Positions 10,498 through 22,000 of a stretch of DNA of 64,000 bases are shown here, piece after piece. Positions within the stretch are counted from its first letter, which is position 1. Each line of letters begins with the position of its first letter. A program made the position numbers and the translations under genes. This DNA comes from Chiloscyllium plagiosum (Eukaryota), in contig NC_057713.1 in the NCBI RefSeq assembly GCF_004010195.1, positions 102,416,124 through 102,480,123 on the forward strand. The letters are read 5' to 3'. The notes below the pieces were generated by a model. That model was not told where the DNA came from. It made no database searches and saw only the letters and a list, made by a program, of their open reading frames with translations.

Positions 10498-12018
10498 ATG
10501 GGAGGCACGGGGAGTTGCCTGTGTAACGATCGATCTGTAAATAACGTTAAAGGGGATATATCCTGCCCGACAGTTCTTTAGGGAGAATGTTGGGTAATTG
10601 GGAACACAACTCCCCGACGCGGGAGAAAGATAAGGCCACAATGATAAACTATTGTTGTTTTGTCTGGACTAGAGAAAGTATTAAGGCGGTTGGTATTTTT
10701 TGGCCCAAATATGGGTCTGATGAGGATTGGCTGTGTCAAGATCTTAATATATATGTCAATCGAAAAGAACCGTACAGTCAAAAAGAGTCCGATTATGCGG
10801 CTTGTTGGATAGGGAGCGCAGGAGTAAAATTATGTCCCATGAATACGGAGGAATCAGGGAAAGAACAGAAAAAGAATGAACAAGGGAAGCCACAGTGGGA
10901 TCCCTTAACGTGTTTGCTGCCCCTGTATACTACTCCCCAGAACATGCCTTCAGCTCCCGAAGTAGAACCGAGTCCAGACACAGAAAAGGGAACGGACTCT
11001 GAACTAAAAGATGCAGAACCTAGGGGGCTCAGAATCACTCGAGCCACCACACGTAAAGGAGGGGCAGAGATAATGGAAAATGTAAAATTATGTCCCTTAC
11101 GAGAGGTTCCGATTGGGGAACGTACAATCGGATATGTAAACGCTCCCTTAACTAGAAGTAAAGTTAGGGTCTTTAAAAAGAAAATGAAAAGTTTAATGGA
11201 GGATCCGGTTGGACTAGCCGAACAATTAGATCAATTCCTAGGGCCTAATTTATATATCTGGGGAGAACTGATTGCAATTTTAGGAACGTTGGTTTCAGGG
11301 GAAGAACGAGGTATGATTAGGAGAGCGGCTTTATAGGAATGGGAAAAGAAGCACTCAGTTGGGGAAGAAGGGGCCCCAGCAGAACAGAAATTTCCAAATG
11401 TTGACCCTCTTTGGGAAAATAATAATAGAGAAGATAGGGAGTCAATGCGGAATCGACGAGAAATGGTAATATTAGGAATTAAAGAGACGGCACCTAGATC
11501 ACAAAACTTTGTTAAGGCCTTTGAAGTACAACAAGTGAAGGATGAAACCCCTTCTGCATTTCTTAAAAGGCTCAAGGATGCCACAAGGAAGTATTCGGGA
11601 ATGGATCCCAATAATCCGATAGCACAGGGACTCTTACAGGTCCAGTTTGTAACTAAATCATGGTCAGACATACAAAAGAAATTTCAGAAATTAGACGGAT
11701 AGAGTGAAAGACAGATGGAAGAACTGTTACGTGAGGCACAGAAGTGTATGTGAAAAGGGAAGACGAGAAGCAGAAAGAGAAAGCCAAAATGATGGTGGCG
11801 GCAGTAGAAGAAATAACAAAAAGGAGAATGGGATCAAGGGATAACAGGAAGGGTAGGGGAGGACACGAAAGACAAGTGTCAGATACCCGGGAAAGGAGGC
11901 AACAGGCAGGGTGTTACCATTGCGGGAAAGTGGGGCATTTTAAACGGGAATGCCCAGAATTAGCACGAGAAAGGGAAGCCGTTTCCCTAATGACCGTTTC
12001 CCTAATGATGAAGATTAG
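10498..12018 (+). pseudogene. gag: ERV gag (frameshifts and stops)
   Basis: MGGTGS myristoylation-type start; matrix-like MINYCCFVW...WPKYGSDEDW; capsid MHR-like QQVKDETPSAFLKRL; a single CCHC knuckle CYHCGKVGHFKREC; ends DED-TAG at 12016-12018. Confidence 0.92.
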
Positions 12019-12620
12019 GGGAGTCAGGGGTTTCTTCCTCCTGAGACCCACCAGGAACCCTTGGTAAATTTAAAGGTGGGACCTGAAGGGGAGGAGGCAG
12101 TATTTTTGGTGGACATGGGAGCGGCACAATCATCCCTAAGTTTTAGACCTACCGGTGTTAAATTGACTAACAAGAATCTCAGGGTTTCCGGAGTAAAAGG
12201 CAAGGAATTCTTGGTGCCTATTTTTGGGCCAACCCTAATTAGAGGAAATGATGAGGAAGTGACAGGACAATTACCAACTGTAGAGTTCAATGATAAGTTT
12301 TTAAAGAACTATATTGTGGTGCTCGGCTCTTCTTTGTCTGTCCTTAGGAAGAAGGGTCTGTTGACCCAGACACCTCCACTTGAGTTCGCCGTACATCGAA
12401 TACAACCAGGTGACTGGGTCCTGATCAAAACCTGGAAAGATACCAAACTGCACCCAAGCTGGGAGGGACTGTTCCTAACCCTCCTGACTATTGAAACAGC
12501 CATCCGAACTGCTGCACTTGTGTTAAGGGCCCCGTGGACGCTCCTTCCCCTCCGGCAGAGTGGCAAGCTCATCCTACAGACAACCCTCTGAAAGTCAAGC
12601 TGAGCAAAAAGAATGGACTG
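12019..12620 (+). pseudogene. pol: ERV pro fused in frame to the integrase C-terminus (RT, RNase H and IN core deleted)
   Basis: FLVDMGAAQS is a mutated DTG protease site. It runs directly into HRIQPGDWVLIKTW...WEGLFLTLLTIETAIRT, the integrase C-terminal GPY/F-type domain. Confidence 0.9.
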
Positions 12621-12748
12621 AGATAAGAGACTATTAAGTATTGGTTAAAAAAAAACTGTATCCCAAAATAATTGTAAGTGTTGCATGGACTCACTCCTCC
12701 CTGGTATTTAAAGGGTTAGGGAATAGACAGATAGGGTTGTGAGCTGAA

Positions 12749-14040
12749 ATGAATGGTCAGCTTTATGTTGTCACGATAATATTGGCGATAGCTGCCAAGG
12801 GGGGGGTGGGAAAAATCAATTTACCACTTTATGTCAGAATTATGCTAAACTAAAGGGGCATACCAACTGTTGGGTATGTGCTGAGATCCCACACCATGGG
12901 GAATCCGGAATTCCTCTCACAGTAATACCACTTACCAAAGAAGAAGTGTACGATGTACAACAATTTGACTTGGGCTCAAATGATACAACTTGGAGATTTG
13001 AAAGGGGTAATTATAACTTTGCGGGATGGTTCCTCGACCAGCCCCTAAAACCCCGGGCACTATCGATGGCCTTGGCGTTTCCCCACCAAAAGCAGTAAAT
13101 ACCACTTGTATTTACTGCATCCTTCCGATTAGGAAAATCACCAGCCAAGCTACTCCCATAACCTTTCCCCAAGTATTGAATGGGACATATTGGGTGTGTG
13201 GTTTAAAGGCCTACCCATTTATCCCCAGCAAGAAGTATGTTTGGAGTGGTGGATGTCACGGGAATGGGTGCTGGGACCATCCAGTTCAGACACTACCTCA
13301 AAGCCAGAAAGGCTGGAGTGGCTGCTGCTACCTCGCCCATATAATTCCCCACTTGAGGCTGTTAAAGAGAGCCCCAAAAATACCTCGGAATAAACAGGGA
13401 GGAAGGCGAGTAACCCGGAAAGTAATCGAAGGAGATCGCCTCCTCTGGACTTTGATACCTATGTATGGGACCGCTCGAGCAGGAATACAAAAGTTGGCAG
13501 CTTCCCTGGAAGAGTTGGCCAACAATACTGCTGATGCGTTGGCCGAAACCCAATCCCAAGTAGCAGCCATAACGACCGAAATGATTGCCACGAGGCTAAC
13601 GACCCTTCAGAACAGGATGGCTCTGGATTATATTCTAGAAGAGAAGGGTGGTACCTGTGCACTAATTGGAGAGGAATGTTGTACGTACATACCTGAGGTC
13701 TCCTCTAACATTACTGATATCTCCAAACATGGGCGAGACAAAATCGCCAAGGGAGGCCGGTAATCGGTACTGGAACGAAAAAGGATGGGAATGGGGGAAT
13801 TGGGGATTGACTGGTTGGGTAAGGTGGTTAGTCAATCTAGCTATCTATGGATTATTGATATTAGTGGGTCTGGTGGTAGGGTTTAATGTCCTACAATGGA
13901 TAATGAGCCAACTGATGACATCCCTTGGGAAAGGAACCCAAATAAATCATCAGATGCTTTTACAATCAGCAGGTGACATGCAACAAAGAGAAAGTCAAAG
14001 AATACTTCTAGAGTTCAAGGGACGAACAACACAAATGTAA
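12749..14040 (+). pseudogene. env: ERV env (frameshifted, internally deleted)
   Basis: Signal-like N-terminus; NCWVC (CXXC) in SU; TM ISD LQNRMALDYILEEKGGTCALIGEECC (CX6CC); hydrophobic anchor WLVNLAIYGLLILVGLVVGF. Confidence 0.93.
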
Positions 14041-14136
14041 AATGTAAGATTGTGAACCTCATCGCCAAAAGGCGTAAGAGGGCAGAACATAAGAAAATGG
14101 ATTAAAGGAGACTGAATAAGTGCAGAAACAACAGTT

Positions 14137-14159
14137 AGAGAAAAAGAAAAAGGGGGAAT
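14137..14159 (+). promoter_or_regulatory. Polypurine tract
   Basis: AGAGAAAAAGAAAAAGGGGGAAT immediately before the TG of the 3' LTR. Confidence 0.9.
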
Positions 14160-14670
14160 TGTGGGAGGTTAGAAATGTAGGTTCTGCAGGAGGGGTAAGG
14201 GGAACATTATACAAATGGTCGCGGGATTCTTGTAGTATGTAGCATACTTAAGGCTAAGACTTTAATGAATATAGAGGGTCTTTTAAAGAAAATAGTTTTA
14301 AGCTAGGAAATAACTATGAAGGGTTGCAGCTGACCACAAAAAGAAGCAGCAGGGGCATTTCACAATAAAGCTTATAGTATGATAAGAGAAACTGGATAAA
14401 AGAACAAGCTGTAACAAACAAGGAACAAAGAATGCAGACATACAAGGAAGGCAGGATGGCCAGATAAGAAAACAACTGGAGAAAAAAACCAAGTGAGGTA
14501 ATCGGCCTATGATAGGATGGGAAAAGGGAGGCGTGTTTCCGCAACTTGTAAACTGAATAAGAATGCTAACATACTCTGTTTTCGCGCGCATTTCTGCTTG
14601 ATTGCAGAAGCGTCCGGTACTTGCAAGGCTATAATAAATTGTTCTAGTTTCCAAGGCTTTGTCTCAGGCT
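14160..14670 (+). repeat. ERV 3' LTR (last ~24 bp missing)
   Basis: Homologous to 8942-9456; diverges after GTCTCAGGCT and lacks the ...TCCCACA end. Confidence 0.93.
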
Positions 14671-16889
14671 TAAAGTATGGCCCAGGACAGAAAGGTGCAC
14701 TTGGTGCTAAACACCAGAATAGTCCAACTGCACTGCAAGATTTTCATTTTTTTTAAAAATCCTGTCAAAAAAACCACAAGCTTCCATAAGGTCAAGAGCA
14801 GCACATCCTATTGGCAGGCTTGCATCAATTTTCAGGACAGTTCTTTCAGTTGAAAATCAGTTTCAGAGCTAAATAGATGATAGAGATTTTTACAATTTAG
14901 TGCCACAATATTAAATACTGTTACACCTCTCATAACTCTCTTTTAAACTTAAGCTAGCATAGATATAGCAGTCTTCATTTTCATTATGCTCGAAAGTAGA
15001 CATAATGCTGATGACATGCTGTTGAGGGTGTGGTGCTGCACCTGAATTGCATGGGCTACGGTGAGAAATGTGGCAGATTTGCACACGGTCCAGCAAAAGA
15101 CTGTCTTAATGCCTGGAACAACTCGCTGAATCTTTTAACTAAACTTGAGGCTTTGAAGCGAGATTCTCACTAGGCAGCTAAAAACTGACCGTTAAAGGAG
15201 ATGATTTCTTGTTAATAATCTTATTAACTGCACATCTAATCTCATCTCATTAATATGCAACTTTCAATCCAAACACAAGCAAGCTGGGACCGAGAATTCT
15301 CGACATGGAAGTCAGAGCAAGTAATTGGTGATTCAATTCACTGCTTTGCTGCAATGTTGGACACCTGACATCATCTCAGGGCATATTTCATTTGGCACCA
15401 GCCACACGCAACCCATATTCACAGAAATTGGAATCTGAAATGCCAGTTGCTGAGAACCATCATGGTTCATCTCCAATCCACTTACAGTATACTTCTGAAC
15501 TTCAATACTATACTTCAGGATGCAATTGCATCTATCACTGTAATGTTGTAGCAAGGACACTTTTTAACTCAGAGATAGGTAACCAGCTCATAGGCTGGTC
15601 CAGACTGCATCTCCAGTCTCTTCACTTGCCCTCTTACCATGGGGCCAACCTGCATGCTCAAAATATTCCATGTCTTGCCTTTTTGAGCCTTGTCCTCCAC
15701 CAGAGATAACAGGCGCACAGTACTGCCACATTGCCTTGCTGTTTAATGCAGACACAAAGCTAAAAACCCTTGCCATGTTTGTCAGTGTTCCTTAGTCAAG
15801 TCTTTGTCCTGGCAGAGTAAGGGCAGCTTCCAGTATCAGTGCAGGGACTTGAGACTCGGGGTAGTCAGAGTCAGGCTCCTCTCCAGATAAAACGTGAGGA
15901 ACCAAATATTGGGCAGCTCACCATCCTACTTGACTCTTTCTGCCCTATTGTAGGCTGTTTTCTTCATGGAAGAGAGACAGAGTGACAGGTAATATGGGAG
16001 ATGAAAATGGGTGGCAAGTTTTATTTTTGCTGCGGATGGGGAGGTGTCCTGAATGAGTAAGGAATGCACATGGCATGTCAGGTTAGGATGGAGAGAAAGA
16101 GATAAAATGTTGCAAGCAATCACTAAGATGGTAAAACATAATCTTTGGTTGAAAGTGGGTGCAGTTGCAGAGATAGAGTGAATGAGAGGTATTGGAGACA
16201 AATGATGGCATTTATACTTGCAGAATAGATAACTGACCTTCTTCCTGAATTCCTGTTACAATCCTTCAGATGGCTGAGACTGCACTGACCTATATGGCAA
16301 CCTTGGACCAGGTTGGCATGGTCTGTCACAGCCTCCATTGCCAGTCCTGAGGAAGAGGATAGCCTGAGTTTCCAACCTCCAGGAACGCCTAACCCTTCAA
16401 AGTAGAGCAGCAATTGCACATGTGCTGTGCCTGAAAAATTGTTCGGAAACATGCAAATCAACTCTCGACTGATCGTGTTCGTCCAAGTATTCAACAGCCT
16501 TTTAGAGATGGCATCAGTGCCAAGGATACCCGTCCATTTTGGGATATTTTAGCAGAGGTGAGTTATTCTGGATATATCATGTGGCAAAATTGGGCTAGAA
16601 TTGGGTGAGAGGGCTACTGTTAGGTAGGTAGTTGATGAGGCATGTTTAGTAAGATGTGGCAAGAGATCTTGGTCTTGCAGCAAGAAGACTCATCATCACC
16701 TTCGACATTTATTACTTTCAAGATTATGAGCAGTACGTACCATGTACAGAACACATTAAGGCAGACTGCTAGTTAACAAAATCTATTTAATCCCTTGCAA
16801 ATATCTAATGAGATATTATACTGGGATTACTGTGCTGTAAAAATAAAATTTGTACATTTTGGTTTGTTGCAGTAACATTACTTGCAGCA

Positions 16890-17099
16890 GGAGAAAGTGA
16901 GGTCTGCAGATGCTGGAGATCAGAGATGGAAATGTGTTGCTGGAAAAGCGCAGCAGGTCAGGCAGCATCTAGGGAACAGGAGAACCGACGTTTCGGGCAT
17001 TAGCCCTTCATTCCTGAAGAAGGGCTAATGCCCGAAACGTCGATTCTCCTGTTCCCTAGATGCTGCCTGACCTGCTGCGCTTTTCCAGCAACACATTTC
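16890..17099. mobile_element. 210-bp hairpin Penelope-derived mini-element with a hammerhead core
   Basis: 14-bp TSD CATTACTTGCAGCA (16876-16889, 17100-17113); near-perfect ~80-bp inverted arms; CCTGAAGAAGGGCTAATGCCCGAAACGTC at about 17013-17041. Confidence 0.88.
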
Positions 17100-17679
17100 C
17101 ATTACTTGCAGCACACAAACTAACATCATAGTAAATCATTACTATTAACATTAATGACCCATGGTGCTAGATATTGGGTAATATTTATAAGGTGATGCCA
17201 ACAATGGACATTATAATTTTACTTAGACCTTTATGATTAGTGAATTAATTAGTGAACTTTGAAAGGGTAAAAATACTGAGTATTGAGAAGATGGGGTGGC
17301 ATTAAGCCCAGAAACAAGATTAGCTGTTTTGCCCAGTATTTCTTTAAACTTAAATATGCAGATGCTGGAGTTCTGAAACACACAAAAAAAAAATTACTGG
17401 AGAAACTCAGCAGGTCTAGTAGCATCTGTTCTGAAGGGTCATTCAAGTCAAATGGTTAACTTTGTTTTCTCTCCCTCAATGTTGCCAGCAATTTCTGTTT
17501 TTCACGTGTCCCATGATTTCCAAATCTGGGTGAGACACACATTCAATTGATTAGGACTGGGATGAATATATCTGAAGTGAAAATATTTGTAGGTCTACTA
17601 GAAAATATGTGGTACAACGTGAATTACTCTTCCCAAACAGCCATGGAAAGGTTAAATTTAATTAGAGATAAAAAAAACA

Positions 17680-18255
17680 TGCAGACGCTGGAATCCACCA
17701 AGGCAGACAAGCAGGGGACTGGAAGAAGGGCTTATGCCCGAAACGTCGATTCTCCTGTTCCCTGGATGCTGCCTGACCTGCTGCGCTTTTCCAGCAACAC
17801 ATTTTCAGCACTGGAAGAACACAGGCAGATAGCATCAGGAGGTGGAGAAGTCAACGTTTCGGGTATAACCCTTCTTCAGAACTAGGGGTGGATGTAAGGG
17901 GAGCTGCAGGTAAAGGGGGTGGGGATAGGTGAACACAGGTAGAGGGTACGACCTGTTTGAAATTGGAGAATTCAATGAGTCCTCCAATTTCAAATAACCA
18001 CGACTCGCATCCCACCCCCCTCGATCCCTCCTTCTTGCCACTAACCGGATTCACTCTTCCCATCGACAGGTCGTATCCTGTGTTCATCTATCCACATCTC
18101 CCCCTTCCCCACCCCACCCCTACCACCGCCTTTATCTGCAGCTCTCCCTAAACCCCACCCCCAGTACTGAAGGTAGATTACGTCCGAAACGTTAATTTCT
18201 TCATATTCTGATGCTGCCTGGCTTCCTATGTTCTTCCAGCTTCCTGCTTGTCCAT
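17680..18255. mobile_element. Fold-back Penelope-derived element with a nested second mini-element
   Basis: Inverted arms about a centre near 17980. Hammerhead-like cores at about 17852-17882 (-) and 18166-18195 (+, degenerate). The nested insert 17728-17809 is flanked by ACTGGAAGAA (17718-17727, 17810-17819). Confidence 0.75.
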
Positions 18256-18329
18256 AATGGAAAGGGCAAATGAACTATCACTTTTCTATAATTCTATATT
18301 AACGTTCTGCCCCAGAAAAGAGCCAAAAT

Positions 18330-19030
18330 CATCGACCCGCCTGCTGGCTACCATCCAACTACGCATGCGTCGTGCCGGCTGCGACACAAGACGGAGTCCA
18401 CGCAGGCGCAGTACAGGCCCGACCGACATGGGTTCTGGGCACGCGCAGTGCTGCCAATCCGAATGGCGGACGAGTCGCCGGTGGTCAACATTGAGCAAAG
18501 TGAGTTCCGCGCAGGCGCAGTGCTGGGTGTGGTTCCTGCTGACTAATGTGAGTGCTGATAGCCGGTAGGTTGTGTCTATCACTGATGGATCGAGTGGCGG
18601 TAGTGAAGTTTGGTGCGGTGGCTGGAGCTGGCATATGTGTGCTTTTTGGAGGCGCCGTTTTAGCGCAATATATCTTCACCTTGAAGAAAAAAGCGGGCCG
18701 CAAGACCAAGATCATCGAGATGGTGAGTATGTGGATTTAAGGCTGAGCGGGGTCCCCGGTACTTGTTATTTACCCAGCGCCTGCGTGAGGGCTCCGGCTA
18801 CCGCCGCAGTCACAAAGTGCCGGGGTACCACCACCTCACAAAAGCCAACCCACACGTACCGGAGAAAAACAGCCACCTTTCCGGTACAGTAGAAGCCTCA
18901 GTAGGTGTGAGGCAGGTGAGATGCCGGCAGAGACGATCCCGTCACCAGGGAAAGGGGATGGCGGGAGCGCAGGGGAGGACGTCAAACGACCCCGGGGTTG
19001 GTAGGTGGAAGGCGACTCCCGCCGCGGGCG
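18330..19030 (+). promoter_or_regulatory. NT5C3A CpG-island promoter / first exon region
   Basis: CpG-dense; several NRF1-like motifs (ACGCATGCGT about 18361, GCGCAGGCGCA about 18509); CCAAT about 18454. Confidence 0.75.
18585..18722 (+). CDS. NT5C3A: NT5C3A exon 1 (hydrophobic N-terminal anchor)
   Basis: [46 protein letters not shown] followed by GTGAGT. Confidence 0.95.
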
Positions 19031-22000
19031 AGGTAGAAGTTAGAGACTGACATTGTGACCCCTGCCCCAAGGAGTTCTGGAGTTGTGTTCAGGTGACCAC
19101 GTCCCCGGAAGGAAGGTGGGTCAGCTCTCCTGGCGATCACTAAACCGTATTGAACATGATTGTTTCTATCACATAGCAGACTTGCAAAACAAAATCAATG
19201 TGATAGATACACTTGAACTATCGTGATTAGGTCAGCTACCTAGATTGCTAGCATGCGATGCAGTTGTAGCAATAAACCCCAACTGTTTGTGCTAGTTCAC
19301 GGGGACATGCCTCTGTGCCTTGTCCCTGGCTTAAGGAAGTAGTGTGTTTCAAGCTTCATGTAATCAGTTGTCCTTATGGTCTCTGCTTATCGTCATTTGT
19401 GGACTGTGACTCCTAACCGACTGGCCTACTCCACCTACAGTATTTTCTATGTTTCTATGCAGATCTGTGTTACAGTTCATTGCTAATGGAATATGCAAAC
19501 AGACAATGCTAGTTGTGATACAGTTGTAGTGGAGATTAGCAAAGACATTTTTCAAAATAATCTTTTAAAGCATATTCCAGATTGTAAGAAGTTGCTTATG
19601 ATGTTATAATTAACAGCATATGACATAGGTGGTTACAGATAATTCATATTCCTGAGAAAGTGGTACCTCAGTTTCTTAAAGATATTTGTGCATTCACTGT
19701 TGCTGTTGGAGCGCCTTTGTGATTGACACTTTCTGCTTAATTTGTGCATGGAAAGTTATTTTTGTTTTGGTCTCTGCCCCTCCTTTCATCTCAGGCTCAG
19801 GTCTGTGGCTCTGGCTGGGCAGAATATTTAGTGCCTGCCTTTAATACAATTTTGCTTTTATCGGTTTTTGTTTTGTATGCTAATGTGAACATTTTGAATA
19901 TTTTAATAAGAAAACATTAGAAGCTATGTAAACTCAGGAAAGGGACAGAAAATAGTAGTGCTAATAGTGAAAGGAACTGTCACAATGTAATAGCATTGAA
20001 CTTTACATTATGTGACAATATGAAATGCATATTGTGTAATTTAGAAATGCTACTTCGCAATTCAGTTCTGAAAAACTACTTCAGGAAATTTGCAATAGTT
20101 TTACAGAAAATTGCATTCAAAATTCTGCTCCATATAAAAGTACTTCCACAATGTTGTTGAGCTGAGAGTTTCAGGATTTTGACTTAGCAATGATAAAGGA
20201 ATAGTGATGTGCATTTTGAGTTCAATTAATGTGTAATTATCTTGGTAATTAATCAGAGACACTAATCAATTTACCTTTTACCTAATCAAGACCATGTCTT
20301 GAGATGTGAAAAAAGAGCTGAAAACATTACGAAATGCTCTAAGGTGCTTTATTAGAACTTGTTTATCACAAGATACTTACAGGTGAGGCACATCATTTGA
20401 ATTAATATTGGAATCAGAACTATTAGAATACAGAAGGTCATTCAGCCCATCTCGTCTGCACTGGGCCTCCAAATATGTAGTTCATTTTGCGTGATTCTCC
20501 AGCCTTCTCCCCAAAATAGTGCACATTTTCTTTCCAGCTAACAGTCTAATTCCCTTTTGAATGTTTCAACTGCACCCACCTTGTTGTAGTCTCTGGCTTA
20601 TGTTCCAGACATTAATCACTTGCTGCATGAAGACGTTTTTCCTCGTGTTACTTTTGTTTCTTTTACAATTTACTTTAAATCTGTGCTGTTTTGTTCTCGG
20701 TCCACTTCTGAAGGGAAACAGCTTTACCTAATATATTCTGCCCAGGCACTTCCAATTATTTTAAATAGTTCTATCAAATCACCTCTTTGTTGCCTTTTCT
20801 CCTTCTCCCAGTCTTAACTTGTCTAATCTATATTTGTGACTACTGTTACATGTCCCAGGACCTGTCCTGCTGAAAGTTTCATACAGTGCAGAAAATATTC
20901 TTGGAGCAGAACTGGATGTGCCACTACAGTCTTGTACAGGTTAAGCATAACCTCTATGCTCCTGCATACTATCCCAGTTAATAAAGCCCAGGATATAGTT
21001 ATTTTCTATTAACTGTACTCTCAACTTGTCATTCCAGTTGAAATGACTTGTGCACATTTGCATTCAGGTCCACATTAAACATTAAATGCCACCAGTATGT
21101 CCATTCACCAACTGTTTGTGTAATGGCCTGCATCATCATCTTTGATAAAGGCAGATGCAAATTATTTACTTAATACCTCAAATATGGCCTCTGTCTCCAT
21201 GCAAAATACCCTTTATGGACATATGAATTGGTCTCCTCCTTTTATGACTCTAACTGTTTATGAACCTATGGAAAATTTTGGTATTTCCTTTTATGTTAGC
21301 TGCTAGTCTGTTTTCGTACTCCTTTGCTTCTAACTTCTTTCTTCGCCTCCCCTTGAATCTTCTGTTTTTTTTCTGGTTCTTGATTGTATTTTTTGAGACA
21401 TTTATCATTAGCAGACTTTTTATACTTTATCTTAATTTGGTCATCCAGAGAGCTCTGACTTTGCTTACCTTGTCTTTCTCTATTGAGAGAATATATCTTG
21501 ACTCTGCCAGATTACCTTATCTTTGAAAGTAGCCTATTGTTCAGCTGCTGTTTCTCCTGCTAGTCTTTAGCTCCAATTGATGCAACCCAGATCCTTTTTT
21601 ATCCGGCTGAAATTGGCTTATCCCCAGTAAATTTTTCTTAGACTGTTTTTCTTTTCCATAGTGAGTCTAAACCTTATGATACAATCATTTCTGTGCCTGA
21701 AGCAGTTTTCTATGATCGTGACACATTTGGTCCATCACATGACCAAGAACCAGGCCTATCAGCACCTCTTTTCTTATTGGACTGTAAATATACTGCTGTA
21801 GAACATTTTTCTGAACACACTCTGATTCCCTTTTAAATTATTACAATCCCAGTCTGTATTTGGGTAACTAAAGTCTCTCATTATAACTACTCTATGATTT
21901 TTACCTTTCTAATTATTTGGCAATTTTTTTCTATCAATCCTTCCTCTTCGTTTATGGCCAGTAGATAATATCTAGCAATGTAATTGCACACTTTTTTTTT

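Larger units (their letters stand above)
8942..14670 (+). mobile_element. Defective endogenous retrovirus (class I, gamma/epsilon-like) with a large pol deletion
   Basis: Paired LTRs, PBS, gag, pro, integrase tail, env with ISD and CX6CC, and PPT in canonical order. Confidence 0.96.

Noticed and set aside
13026-13763. Domesticated syncytin-like env
   Set aside because: Env is split by frameshifts and internal deletions and the furin site is degenerate, so it is not an intact gene.
14900-16600. Possible RP9 exons or a Harbinger transposase relic (GSFQ-like, DGYP-like and IAC-like snippets)
   Set aside because: No RP9 motifs. The Harbinger-like snippets are short, on inconsistent strands and cannot be assembled by eye; a profile search is needed.
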